Assembly (NCBI GenBank): GCA_963745705.1
Contig: CAVUYL010000011.1
Location: 8,535-72,534, forward strand
DNA: 64,000 nt
From: an uncultured Gammaproteobacteria bacterium
GTDB lineage: Bacteria > Pseudomonadota > Gammaproteobacteria > Steroidobacterales > Steroidobacteraceae
Reading direction: 5' to 3'
Below the pieces are notes generated by a model that was given only the letters and a program-made list of their open reading frames with translations, did not search any database and was not told the DNA's origin. Below, in pieces: positions 10,894 through 20,965 of this stretch. Within the stretch, counting starts at the first letter, position 1; every line of letters begins with the position of its first letter. Both the position numbers and the translations under genes were made by a program.

Positions 10894-11574
10894 CTACTTC
10901 ATCGAAAGACTCTTCGCCGCCCTTTTGATGAGTTCCGCGACGGCTTCCGGCTGCGAAACATAGACCGCGTGGCTGCCTTTTACCTCGACGACGCTGGATC
11001 CTGCACGCTTCGACATGGCGCGCTGAGCGGCGGGCGGGATCATCCGATCATCAGTTGCAACCAGGTACCAGCTCGGCTTGGCCTTCCAGGCGGGTTCGGT
11101 TACCGCGCCGTTGAGCGCGTCGACACCCCAAGGAACCTGCGAATTCGCCATGAATTCCGCTTTCTCCGCCGCCACATCGGCCGCGAAGCTGGCAGAAAAC
11201 TTGAGTTTATCGAGCGCCAAAAAGCCTTCCTGGGGAGGAAGGATCGGCGGAACCGGTGCGCCCGGAGGAGCATCCTTGATCAGGGCGGCGACCGACTCGC
11301 CGCGGTCAGGAGCAAACGCGGCAATGTAAACAAGGCCCGCGACACCTGGGTCGTTGCCTGCTTCGGTGATGACGACCCCACCGTACGAATGCCCCACGAG
11401 AATGACGGGGCCCTGCTGCTCGGCGATGACGCGCTTGGTGGCGGCCACATCATCGGCAAGAGTGGTTGTCGGATTTTGCACGATGCTGACGCGATAGCCG
11501 TCTTTCTTTAGGATCCGGTAAACGTCTTCCCACCCCGAACCGTCGACGAATCCGCCGTGAACCAGAGCGATCAC
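10894..11574 (-). CDS. alpha/beta hydrolase
   Basis: Nucleophile elbow GHSYGG, ALVHGGF oxyanion region, 226 aa, GTG start. Confidence 0.85.
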   Translation of the reverse strand: MIALVHGGFVDGSGWEDVYRILKKDGYRVSIVQNPTTTLADDVAATKRVIAEQQGPVILVGHSYGGVVITEAGNDPGVAGLVYIAAFAPDRGESVAALIKDAPPGAPVPPILPPQEGFLALDKLKFSASFAADVAAEKAEFMANSQVPWGVDALNGAVTEPAWKAKPSWYLVATDDRMIPPAAQRAMSKRAGSSVVEVKGSHAVYVSQPEAVAELIKRAAKSLSMK

Positions 11575-11767
11575 GCGTTTGCCCGGCAGATCGGGCCATG
11601 TTGTGCAACTAAGATCGCTCGCAGTGTCGCCACAATGTCACGGGCGTGGATATGCCGCGGCGATGGTACAAGATGTGCTCACCCGCCTTCTACGATTGAG
11701 TTCGGCGTAACCCCGGGTACGAAATTTGATGGGCGGACGCGACGGGCACCGAAAAGAGGACAGTCGT

Positions 11768-12163
11768 ATGAGAGATCAGGAAATACGTGAGGCACTGAAT
11801 CAACATTGGACGGCATCCGAGTCCGGCGATTTTGCGACAGAGCACGACATCTATCAGGAAGATGCCGTCCTCGATTATCCGCAATCCCGCGAGCGAATCG
11901 TCGGGCGGCACAACATACAGATCACCCGGAGCCTCCAGCCGAACAAGAAGCGCTTTGTGGTTCATCGAATCATGGGAAGCGGGGACTTGTGGGTCAGTGA
12001 GTATGTCCTGACTTACGATGATCAACCCTTCTACACCGTGAGCATAATGGAGTTCAACGGAGTAAAGGTTGCGCACGAGACGCAATACTTCGCCGATCCC
12101 TTCGAGGCCAGGGAATGGCGCAAGCAGTGGGTCGAAAGTATGGACAGCCCCAAGGATCAATGA
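11768..12163 (+). CDS. SnoaL-like / NTF2-fold protein
   Basis: About 130 aa with an NTF2-like pattern. AGAGGA Shine-Dalgarno before the ATG at 11768. Confidence 0.75.
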   Translation: MRDQEIREALNQHWTASESGDFATEHDIYQEDAVLDYPQSRERIVGRHNIQITRSLQPNKKRFVVHRIMGSGDLWVSEYVLTYDDQPFYTVSIMEFNGVKVAHETQYFADPFEAREWRKQWVESMDSPKDQ

Positions 12164-12199
12164 AGTCCCGAAGGCACGTTCGCAGGACTGGGCGGCTGA

Positions 12200-12430
12200 C
12201 CAGCGATTCCGGTTTGGGGCGCTTTCTACTCAACTCCTCCGCCGATTGCGCTTAGCTATCGACGCTTGGCCTCGGCACCCGATCAGCGCTTAACATTGGA
12301 GTTAACCTACCGAATGGGGTATTCCGTAGCAGAGACTGCCGCAATAACCAACTCACCGGTCGGGACCGTCAAGGCGCGTATGTGCCGCGCCCGCGAGAGA
12401 CTGCGAAAGCATCCGCCGGCTCTGGCCGGC
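12200..12430 (+). pseudogene. orphan sigma-70 region-4 fragment (ECF sigma factor remnant)
   Basis: PDQRLTLELTYRMGYSVAETAAITNSPVGTVKARMCRARERLRK is a complete region-4 HTH. The frame opens only at 12200, directly after the previous gene, and no region 2 is present. Confidence 0.45.
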
Positions 12431-12507
12431 GTTCGCTCGAGTGTGCCTCGACATCTCATGACGCGTTTGTGGTCGCGCCCTAGCCGTGCCTGGCGAAGAC
12501 GCCGCGG

Positions 12508-13005
12508 CTACCGCTGCGAAGCGGGCGCCCCGTATTTGTACGCAGGATCACTGTCGTAACGGGAACGGATGAAGGTGAGCAGTTTCCACAGATCATCCGA
12601 ATCCTTGATGATTGCGCCCATGGGTGGCATGGGACCGGCCGTGGTGATGAGACCCTGGCGGGTGTAACCCTGTTTCTGCAATTCGATGCTGCCCAGAGTG
12701 ACGAGCCGAAACAGCGAGTCGTCGTCTCCGCCGTAAATCCAGTCGCTTGTAGTCAGCGGAGGGCACATGCCGCCGCCGGCATTCCCGCCATGACAGCCAC
12801 TACAGGGATAGCTGCGAAACAGAGTTGCCCCTTGAGAAACTATGTCTGCCTGTGAGTCGTTGTACGGGTTATGCAGATTCCCCTTGGATGTTTGGTTGAC
12901 GAGATCCATCGCTGAAACTGTGCCGGTGTCGGCTGGCACTGCCGGTGCATCTGCGCGAGATGCCCCGAGAGTGAAAACCGCAATCAGAAGTGCCGAGACG
13001 TTCAA
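12508..13005 (-). CDS. c-type cytochrome (class I, monohaem)
   Basis: CSGCH haem-binding motif and a distal PMPPMG Met region. Apparent TTG start with a weak signal peptide, so the start is uncertain. Confidence 0.8.
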   Translation of the reverse strand: MNVSALLIAVFTLGASRADAPAVPADTGTVSAMDLVNQTSKGNLHNPYNDSQADIVSQGATLFRSYPCSGCHGGNAGGGMCPPLTTSDWIYGGDDDSLFRLVTLGSIELQKQGYTRQGLITTAGPMPPMGAIIKDSDDLWKLLTFIRSRYDSDPAYKYGAPASQR

Positions 13006-13225
13006 CGCCCGCTGTCATCGGATGATTTCACGGCTAGGAGCGCGAATTGCAAATGAAATGTTCGGTGATCGGCAGGGCCGCGATTTCATCCGTAACCGAA
13101 GCGGTCCGCGCGGCAACGCCCGGGACATGACGCTCGCGCAACATCTGCATCCATGCATTCGACGAGCGGAGATCCGCAAATTCTGCGCCCATCGCGCATC
13201 ACTCGGAACCTATGAGGAGCGAATA

Positions 13226-13633
13226 GTGAACATTTCATGTAGAGAGTTGATTTTGATCGGTTGCGGCATTTTTGGTGCAACCGCCTGTGGGGTTGCTGGA
13301 CTCGCCAAGCAAGCAAGCGCGCAAGACGTGGCCGCTCCGGCATTGAAACAGTCAGCTTCGGTCACGATTTCGTCAACGCAGGGCGCAGACCGAATGTCGG
13401 ATGAGACGTTAAGGAAGCGCGTGAAGGATGCGCTGCACTCAGACCCGTATTTCTATGACGAACATGTTACGGTATCGGTCGAAAATGGCGCCGTCGTGCT
13501 GCGCGGAATTGTCAGCAGCGAGTGGGACTTACTAGACGCGGTCCGCATTGCAAGGAAAGCGGCTGCGAAACGACGCCTGATCGACGATCTTTCGATTGAG
13601 GACAATGTGAACCAACGGGGTGACAGTCGTTAA
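13226..13633 (+). CDS. BON-domain protein
   Basis: LRKRVKDALHSDPYFYDEHVTVSVENGAVVLRGIVSSEWDLLDAVRIA is a BON domain. GTG start 8 nt after an AGGAG Shine-Dalgarno. N-terminal TM or signal segment. Confidence 0.8.
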   Translation: MNISCRELILIGCGIFGATACGVAGLAKQASAQDVAAPALKQSASVTISSTQGADRMSDETLRKRVKDALHSDPYFYDEHVTVSVENGAVVLRGIVSSEWDLLDAVRIARKAAAKRRLIDDLSIEDNVNQRGDSR

Positions 13634-13738
13634 GCGGAGCGCCCCCCAACCGCCCGCGCCGATCCGGACTCCGTCGTGCGCTCTTTTTTAGCCATGACGT
13701 TGCCCTCAGGAGGTGCGGACTCGCCGTTGCCTAGGGTA

Positions 13739-14437
13739 TCAGCGCAGCGCGCCAAATACCTTCGAGATGATGGCGCTGCCGGCCGCCGCGGGATTTTCCC
13801 GGATGGCGTGCTCTTCCTCGCCTATCATGAAGTACAAGCCGTCCAATGTCTTGTGGGTGACGTACTCCTCGATGTTGGCGGCGTCTCCTTTGACGAGACC
13901 GAGTTTGACCCCCTCGCCGGCAAGCCGATCGTATTTCTGGGCCAAGCCGACTCGATCCGTTGCCTGCTTCACGACCGGCAGGAACTTTACGGCCAACGGC
14001 GCTGCGGTCTTGCTGCGAAAGAAATTTGTCACCGATCCATCGCCGCCCGTGAGAATAGCCTTGGCGTCGCCTAAGGACATTGACTTGACTGCGTTAACTA
14101 GAAGGTCCCTTGCTTGCGGGACGGCCTGTTCGGCCGCATGGTTCATCGCTTCGACCAATTCATCGGCGTCCTTGCCTTGACCGATCATGCGCATGCCCTT
14201 GGCGACATCATCGAGGGCGGGCGGCAACGGGATTTTGACCTTCGGGTTATTGAGGAACCCGCCCGCAACGCCCAGCTTATCGATGGCCGAGGCAGCCCCT
14301 TTGTTGAGCGCCCCCTTGATGCCCTGAGCGGCATCCCGATTCGTCAGATCGGCGAGGCCGAGAGCGTAAGCGGAACCGAGATAGAGACAGGCCAATAACC
14401 CCGCTAGGCCAACCGAATCTATATGCAGCGCACGCAT
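13739..14437 (-). CDS. DUF4197-family secreted protein
   Basis: Signal peptide and the characteristic GLKEAL-like, NPKVKIPLP and TNFF segments recalled for DUF4197. Confidence 0.8.
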   Translation of the reverse strand: MRALHIDSVGLAGLLACLYLGSAYALGLADLTNRDAAQGIKGALNKGAASAIDKLGVAGGFLNNPKVKIPLPPALDDVAKGMRMIGQGKDADELVEAMNHAAEQAVPQARDLLVNAVKSMSLGDAKAILTGGDGSVTNFFRSKTAAPLAVKFLPVVKQATDRVGLAQKYDRLAGEGVKLGLVKGDAANIEEYVTHKTLDGLYFMIGEEEHAIRENPAAAGSAIISKVFGALR

Positions 14438-14630
14438 GCACAGTCCTTGATGGGATTACTATCGCTAGAGTATATCGCCTGGCGTTGCGTAAATGCCACC
14501 AAACGCAACCTGCGACTCCTACGTCCAATGACGGTGGGGGTGTCGCGGCGTGACCCGCGGTGTTAGCCTGCCTCCCGACGGAAAAGGGGCGGGACGTAAT
14601 CGGTCCGCAAATCGTACAACTGCTCGAAGG

Positions 14631-16637
14631 ATGGCGAACGGCGAACGCATGAAGGGAAACGTGCTCATTGTCGATGATAGCCTGACCGTGCGAATGGATC
14701 TGGCGGACGCCTTCGAAACCGTGGGTCTTCGTCCCCTGCTGTGTTCAACGATTCGCGAGGCACGCGAGACCTTCACAGTGGAATCCATCGATCTTGTCGT
14801 CCTGGATGTCATGTTGCCGGATGGCGATGGCGTGGAGTTTCTCAAGGAAATTCGGACTCGTCTGGCAACACCCGATCTGCCCATCTTGATGCTCTCGGGC
14901 GAAGCGGAGGTCAAAGATCGCATCCGCGGTTTACAGACGGGCGCCGATGACTATGTGGGAAAACCCTACGACGCCGGTTATGTGGTGGCGCGAGGGCGGG
15001 AGCTGGTGCGTCTGCGTCAGAATCAGAGTGCGATTCCTGGCGCTGCGGAGAACGCGAGCATCCTGGTGATCGACGATAGTTTGACGTCGCGCGCAGAGTT
15101 GCGGCAAGCCCTCGAGGGGGCGGGGTACGGGGTCATGACAGCCGGATCCGGGGAGGAGGGGTTGCGGCTGGCAGCGACGCGCCGACCGGCGGCACTCATC
15201 ATCGACGGTGTGATGCCGCGGATGGACGGTGCCACGGTGGTCCGCAAACTGCGTCTGGATGCCGCGCTGCGTGGCTTGCCGTGCCTGCTTTTGACCGCAT
15301 CGGACGAAGAAGGCGCGGAGCTGCAAGCGCTGGAGGCCGGGGCGGATGCCTTCGTACGCAAGGACGAGGACATGGACGTCATTCTCGCGCGTCTTGCAGC
15401 CATACTGAGAACCGCTCATCCGGAGCTCGTGCCCGCATCGAATCTGGCGAGCTCGAAGCGCATTCTGGCCGTGGATGAGAGCGTGACGTATCTGCAGCAA
15501 CTGGCGTTCGCCTTGCGTGACGAAGGCTATGACGTGGTCCTGGCCCACTCGGGCGAGGAGGCCATTGAAATCCTGGCCGTTCAGAACGTCGACTGCATCC
15601 TGCTGGAACTCACGATTCCCGGCCTCGGTGGTCAGGAGACCAGTCGTCGCATCAAGGCCTCGCCGATGCTGCGCAATATCCCACTCATTCTGTTGACGGC
15701 CGTCGAGGACCGGCAGGCGTTGATCGAAGGTCTCGGCGCAGGCGCGGACGACTACATCGCGAAGTCGAACTCGTTCGACGTACTGCGAGCTCGGATTCAG
15801 GCCCAGATCCGCCGCAAACAATTCGAGGATGAGAGTCGCCGCAATCACGATCAGCTGCTTCGCAGCGAGTTAGAAGCGGCCGAGGCGCGCGCCGCTCGGG
15901 AACTGGCGGAAGCGAAGGCGGGCCTCATTAAAGAGCTGGAATACAAGAACAGAGAACTCGAATCCTTCAGCTACACGGTCTCGCACGATCTGCGAGCGCC
16001 GCTGCGCGCCATCGACGGATTCAGTCAGGCGCTCATCGAGGATTACGGAGATCGGCTGGAGGCTGAGGCACAGCACTACCTGAATCGGATTCGGGCGGCG
16101 GCACAGCGCATGGCAGCGCTGATCGATGACTTGCTGTCGCTGTCGCGCATCAGCCGGACGCAGGTCCGTCGCGAACACGTGGATCTCTCCTCGCTGGCGC
16201 AAACCGTTGCGGATGAGCTACGGACCCAGAGCCCGAACCGGACAGTCGCCTTTCAGATCGAGGCAGGGCTCTCTGCATATGCGGACCGCGGTCTGATGCG
16301 CGTCCTTCTGGATAACTTGCTGGGCAACGCCTGGAAGTTTACCGTGCGAGCGGTTGACGCCCGAATCGAATTTGGGGCGCAAACATCCGGAATGGACACC
16401 GTCTTCCTGGTGAAGGACAACGGCGCCGGATTCGACATGAGCCATGCCGGCGTGCTCTTTCAACCCTTCCAGCGCCTGCACAACGCCGCAGATTTTCCTG
16501 GAACGGGAATCGGATTGGCGACGGTTCGGCGCATTGTGGATCATCATGGCGGTCGTATCTGGGCGCAGGGCGCAGTCGGTACCGGCGCGACGGTCTCTTT
16601 CACGATTCCTCTCGCTCGCGGAACAGATCAGCAATGA
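14631..16637 (+). CDS. hybrid sensor histidine kinase with three N-terminal receiver domains
   Basis: Three REC domains (VLIVDDS..., ILVIDDS..., ILAVDES...), a coiled coil, the H-box FSYTVSHDLRAPL and an HATPase_c domain (DNGAGFD, GTGIGL). Start ambiguous between 14631 and 14649. Confidence 0.9.
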   Translation: MANGERMKGNVLIVDDSLTVRMDLADAFETVGLRPLLCSTIREARETFTVESIDLVVLDVMLPDGDGVEFLKEIRTRLATPDLPILMLSGEAEVKDRIRGLQTGADDYVGKPYDAGYVVARGRELVRLRQNQSAIPGAAENASILVIDDSLTSRAELRQALEGAGYGVMTAGSGEEGLRLAATRRPAALIIDGVMPRMDGATVVRKLRLDAALRGLPCLLLTASDEEGAELQALEAGADAFVRKDEDMDVILARLAAILRTAHPELVPASNLASSKRILAVDESVTYLQQLAFALRDEGYDVVLAHSGEEAIEILAVQNVDCILLELTIPGLGGQETSRRIKASPMLRNIPLILLTAVEDRQALIEGLGAGADDYIAKSNSFDVLRARIQAQIRRKQFEDESRRNHDQLLRSELEAAEARAARELAEAKAGLIKELEYKNRELESFSYTVSHDLRAPLRAIDGFSQALIEDYGDRLEAEAQHYLNRIRAAAQRMAALIDDLLSLSRISRTQVRREHVDLSSLAQTVADELRTQSPNRTVAFQIEAGLSAYADRGLMRVLLDNLLGNAWKFTVRAVDARIEFGAQTSGMDTVFLVKDNGAGFDMSHAGVLFQPFQRLHNAADFPGTGIGLATVRRIVDHHGGRIWAQGAVGTGATVSFTIPLARGTDQQ

Positions 16638-17314
16638 ACTTGCAGTGTTCCTGAACCGGTAACCACCCAATCCATCGGAATATCGTGGGGCTGAGGAAAT
16701 ATAGTGCGCAGTTCAGCGCCCGGATAGCCAACACCGATGGCCAGCGGCTTTGGGCTCAACTGAGCGAGTGTTCGATCAAAGAAGCCTCCTCCATACCCAA
16801 GGCGATAGCACCCATGGTCGAAGCCGACCACCGGCGCTATGACCACGTCAGGGACGATTAGCTCTCCGTCGGCGGGATATGGAATTTTCCAAAGACCCCG
16901 CGCCAGCCGCGCGTTGGGCCGCCACTCGCGAAAAATCAGCGGCTGAGCAAGCGCCACGGCGACAGGTAACGCCACCCGGACACCCGCCTGAGACAGCGCG
17001 TGCATCCATGGGCGCAGATCGGGCTCGCCGCGTATAGGCCAATAGACGCTGACGGCGGGTGCCGTTAAGCCGCTTGCGGCGAGAATTTCCTCCAGTTTCC
17101 GTGCGATGACGAGGGTCTGGTCGGCACGATACTGCGTGTCCAACGAGCAGCGCGCCCTGATCAAGCGCTCTCGCTCGGCTTTGCGCCAACGCGCAACGTC
17201 TCGGACTTGTTCCGGATCCACGATCGGCGTGCCATCCTCTCGTAGTTCGTCGAGCAAGCAGGGCGACGATGCAAGCTTGGCCGCAGGGAATTGTTCACCG
17301 GTAATGTTTTTCAC
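16628..17314 (-). CDS. 5-formyltetrahydrofolate cyclo-ligase family protein
   Basis: YWPIRGEPDLRP and GFDHGCYRLGYGGGFFDR motifs. Confidence 0.8.
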   Translation of the reverse strand: MKNITGEQFPAAKLASSPCLLDELREDGTPIVDPEQVRDVARWRKAERERLIRARCSLDTQYRADQTLVIARKLEEILAASGLTAPAVSVYWPIRGEPDLRPWMHALSQAGVRVALPVAVALAQPLIFREWRPNARLARGLWKIPYPADGELIVPDVVIAPVVGFDHGCYRLGYGGGFFDRTLAQLSPKPLAIGVGYPGAELRTIFPQPHDIPMDWVVTGSGTLQVHC

Positions 17315-17503
17315 ATCGTTCCCTCATGTCGCCCGTCACTCGATTGAGTCGCGTATCCGGCGCCACATTCTCAAAAAGGGCGAGCGCCTGCTCGTCAAGC
17401 TCGCAGCGTTGCATCGCGCGGAGCTCAAGTCAATTCGTGGGGTTTTTCCCGTGCCATTGGCCAAGAGCTGACAGTGCAGACATTCTTGTTTATGGCTCCA
17501 ACG

Positions 17504-18445
17504 TCAGCGCTCAAAGTCAACCGCGGTCGTATTGCCTCCGCAGATGAGCACAGCCACCCGTTCAGCGGGGGCCGGCACGTACTGGCGGGAAATGAGTGCC
17601 GCGAGAGCCGCTGCACCGCCCGGCTCCGCAACGACGCGCAGCTTCGTCCACAGCCGTCGCTGCGCCTCGCGGATTGCATCGTCGGACACTAGTACCGTCG
17701 CGTTGACGTAGTGCCGAGCGATGGGAAAAACCAGCTCCCCGACGCGGCGCGGCGCCAAAGAGTCGGCCGCGATGCCGCCCGCCTCGGCATCGACGGGCCG
17801 CCCCGCCTCGAGCGCACGTGTGAGTGTCGGTGCTTGGGCCGGCTCCACCCCGACGATCTTGATGCGCCCTGCGTACCACGCCGCAATTCCGGCGATGAGG
17901 CCGCCTCCGCCGACCGCGACCAGAAGCGTCGTCAGTTCGCCGGCCTGACCTTCCAGCTCCAACCCAACGGTACCCTGCCCGAGCAGCGTCTCGATCTGAT
18001 CAAAGGCATGGATCGGCATTGCCCCGGACTGGGCTACCCAAGCTTCGCTTGCCGCGAGCGCATCCGAGTAGCGTTCGCCGGCAATCACCAAATCCGCGCC
18101 GTACTCGGTGATCTGCTGAATCTTCGCGGACGAGGCAACACTGGGCACGAATATCTTCGCCGGAACGTTACGCGCCATGGCCGCGAAAGCCACCGCCGCT
18201 CCATGGTTTCCCCCGGACGCGGCAACCACGCCGGCGCCGGGCACCTGTCGGGTTAGAAGATTGGCGAAGGCGCCGCGGGTCTTGAATGAGCCCGCATGTT
18301 GAAGCGACTCCAGTTTGAAAATCAATCTGGCGGCGGCGACGCCGAAGTCCGACCCGTCGACCTCGATAACGGGGGTGCGGCGTATGTGCGGTGTGATTAC
18401 CTGGTAGATCGAGCGGATTTCACTGCACGAGAACATGGCTGCCAC
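17504..18445 (-). CDS. PLP-dependent threonine/serine dehydratase family enzyme
   Basis: PLP-lysine motif SLQHAGSFKTRGA and glycine loop GGGGLIAG. Confidence 0.9.
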   Translation of the reverse strand: MAAMFSCSEIRSIYQVITPHIRRTPVIEVDGSDFGVAAARLIFKLESLQHAGSFKTRGAFANLLTRQVPGAGVVAASGGNHGAAVAFAAMARNVPAKIFVPSVASSAKIQQITEYGADLVIAGERYSDALAASEAWVAQSGAMPIHAFDQIETLLGQGTVGLELEGQAGELTTLLVAVGGGGLIAGIAAWYAGRIKIVGVEPAQAPTLTRALEAGRPVDAEAGGIAADSLAPRRVGELVFPIARHYVNATVLVSDDAIREAQRRLWTKLRVVAEPGGAAALAALISRQYVPAPAERVAVLICGGNTTAVDFER

Positions 18446-18469
18446 TCTACAAAAGAAACGAGGCCCGCA

Positions 18470-19390
18470 TCAAGGCGCAGCCGGCGGCTCCAGGTCGGTG
18501 GGGATGCCGGTGATGTGCCGATACAGCGCGACGACCCGATTGATGTAGGAGTTTTCATGGCCGGAGATGAGCCAGCTGCCCTCGGCGAATCTCGTGAGGC
18601 CGTAGTACGTCCAGATGCCGCGCGAGCGTTCTTCGAAGAAGTACAGGGCGCGCATGCCGCCGGGCTTGAGCAGCGTCAGCGCGAACAGACGCACCGCCGT
18701 CACGTTCTCGGTTTCTATGACCAAGCGGGCTCGACTGCTTTCCCGTACCCGCACACGGTAAATGACTTCGCCCGCCCCGCGGCTGTCCCTTTGTGAAAAA
18801 TACACATCTTGCCCGCGCTGAAGTTCGGCGTTCGTGAAATCGTCGCGGGGTTGGCCGGAATCGCGCGTCGTCAATGCAGCGGCGGCCAAAACCAAGGGAC
18901 GCCATTGCTTTTCGGTGGTTGACCAATAGCGTACCGCCAGAAGCTTCGATACCTCGCCGAATCGTGCGAGGAGGGCAGGCGCGCCGCCGGCGTTCGCAAA
19001 CGTGCCCGCGACCGTCACGAGCATGTGCAGATCCGGTCCAGCTAACCCGAGACACGCGGCTTGGGGGGGCAATGCGGCGAGGTTCGGCTGTTTCCAGATC
19101 TCGATGTTTGGCGCCGCGCCAACCGGAGCGTAGAAAGGCGGCGGCAAATCCGAGTCGCAGGGCGGGAACGCCGACGTCTCGGCCCGGCCGATCGATGTCA
19201 CTGCGCAGAGGACTGCGACGGTAGCCAAGCCACGCGTTCGAGGGCCGAAACGCGCCACGACGATCAGAGCGATGATTGACTCCTGCTGTGAAACTGAGCA
19301 CACCGGGTACGCCAGGCGCGCACCAGAACAAAGCCGATCAAATAACTGTCGCCGAGGCGAATGTTCACGGACACAAGGTAGGCACACCAA
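18470..19390 (-). CDS. hypothetical secreted protein
   Basis: Long ORF with GC3-consistent coding and an internal signal-like segment (LATVAVLCAVTSIGRAE). True start uncertain. No family recognised. Confidence 0.6.
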   Translation of the reverse strand: MVCLPCVREHSPRRQLFDRLCSGARLAYPVCSVSQQESIIALIVVARFGPRTRGLATVAVLCAVTSIGRAETSAFPPCDSDLPPPFYAPVGAAPNIEIWKQPNLAALPPQAACLGLAGPDLHMLVTVAGTFANAGGAPALLARFGEVSKLLAVRYWSTTEKQWRPLVLAAAALTTRDSGQPRDDFTNAELQRGQDVYFSQRDSRGAGEVIYRVRVRESSRARLVIETENVTAVRLFALTLLKPGGMRALYFFEERSRGIWTYYGLTRFAEGSWLISGHENSYINRVVALYRHITGIPTDLEPPAAP

Positions 19391-19476
19391 AACCTCTCAC
19401 GGCACGTTTCGATGATCCGCCAATCGGCGTACTCTTGGAAGCCGTCACGATTGATACTCGACAGTTCAGGTGCAAT

Positions 19477-20859
19477 CTGCGACAGAATCATCTTCGCGCG
19501 ACGTTGGCGGCCAGCATCCTGGGATCAAGCCTCGCCTTCATTGACGGTTCCGTGGTCAATGTGGCGCTCCCGGCGTTGGCTCATGAATTGCACCCGGATC
19601 CCTCGACGCTGTCGTGGGCAATCAACGCTTATTTGCTGCCCGTAGGCGCGCTGATTTTGCTTGGCGGCAGCCTCGGCGACCACTTTGGAAGACGCCGACT
19701 GTTTCTCGTGGGCTTGGTATTGTTTGCGTCATCCTCGATCCTGTGCGCGGCGGCACCAACCTTTGCATGGCTGCTTGCCGGTCGAGGCCTACAGGGAGTC
19801 GGCGCCGCGCTGTTGATGCCCAACAGCCTGGCGATCCTGGGAGGCGCATTTTCGGGCGTCGAGCGCGGCCACGCGATCGGTACCTGGGCGGCGGTCGGCG
19901 CGGTGGCTGGCGCCGTCGGCCCGATCGCCGGCGGCTGGCTCATCGACGTCATCGGCTGGCGCATCATATTTGCCATCAATATTCCGGTGGCGTTGGCCGC
20001 CGGTTATCTTGCTTCGGTGTATGTTGCTGAACAGCGGGAGCGCACCAAGGCGCGGCTCGATGTCCTCGGAGCAGCCTTGGCAACCACGGCGCTTGGCCTG
20101 CTGACGTGGTCTTTGACCGAAACAACGGGTTCCCACCGTTCTTCCGCTTTGATCTGGATGGCCACCCTCAGCGGCCTGGCGCTTCTAGGCTTTTTCCTCA
20201 GCCTCGAGAAACGCTTGGCGGATGCCGCACTCATGCCGTTCGCCATGTTTTCTTCTTCCTCGTTCGTGGGTCTCACGCTGCTGACGTTTTTTCTCTACGC
20301 GAGCTTGGGTGGGCTGATCGTCTTGTTGCCATTCCTGCTCATCCAAATAAATCAATGGTCAGCCGTCGCGGCAGGAGCTGCGCTACTGCCCGTGCCGGTG
20401 TTGATAGGCCTCGGCTCGCGGCTGATGGGTCGGGTCGCCGCCCGGATCGGCGGTCGCATACCTTTGGCCGGCGGATCCGTGCTCGTCGGCATAGGCCTTG
20501 CACTGTATTGCCGGATCGGTACGGGCGCCGTTAACTATTGGCTCGATGTATTCCCTGCTACGTTGTTGGTGGGACTGGGTATGGGCGTATGCGTTGCGCC
20601 GCTGACTACGTCGGTGATGGCATCGGTCGACACCGATCATGTCGGAGTCGCGTCAGGCTTCAACAATGCGACCGCGCGCCTTGCCGGATTGGCGGCGACT
20701 GCGCTGCTGGGCTTGGTGTTCGCAAAACAAGATTCATCATATAGCTTCATTCCGGCCTTTCACGTGGCCGCATTGGTGGGCGCGGGCTCGGCGATAGCTG
20801 CCGGCGTGTTCGCGGCCACGCTTATTCGGTCGGAAGACGAGAAGAATCAAAACGAGTGA
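19477..20859 (+). CDS. MFS transporter, DHA2 (14-TMS drug:H+ antiporter) type
   Basis: LAFIDGSVVNVALPAL and GRRRLFLVGL MFS motifs and about 14 hydrophobic segments. No canonical start lies near the first TM, so the start is uncertain (the ORF is open from 19276). Confidence 0.85.
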   Translation: MRQNHLRATLAASILGSSLAFIDGSVVNVALPALAHELHPDPSTLSWAINAYLLPVGALILLGGSLGDHFGRRRLFLVGLVLFASSSILCAAAPTFAWLLAGRGLQGVGAALLMPNSLAILGGAFSGVERGHAIGTWAAVGAVAGAVGPIAGGWLIDVIGWRIIFAINIPVALAAGYLASVYVAEQRERTKARLDVLGAALATTALGLLTWSLTETTGSHRSSALIWMATLSGLALLGFFLSLEKRLADAALMPFAMFSSSSFVGLTLLTFFLYASLGGLIVLLPFLLIQINQWSAVAAGAALLPVPVLIGLGSRLMGRVAARIGGRIPLAGGSVLVGIGLALYCRIGTGAVNYWLDVFPATLLVGLGMGVCVAPLTTSVMASVDTDHVGVASGFNNATARLAGLAATALLGLVFAKQDSSYSFIPAFHVAALVGAGSAIAAGVFAATLIRSEDEKNQNE

Positions 20860-20965
20860 CGGCGGCCGCGCTGCATTGCGGATGCCGGCGAAAAATTGGG
20901 CATGTAATGCGTTTGGGGAATGATTCTACCATGTGAGTCGCTGTCATTGTAGCCACGGGGAAAAC

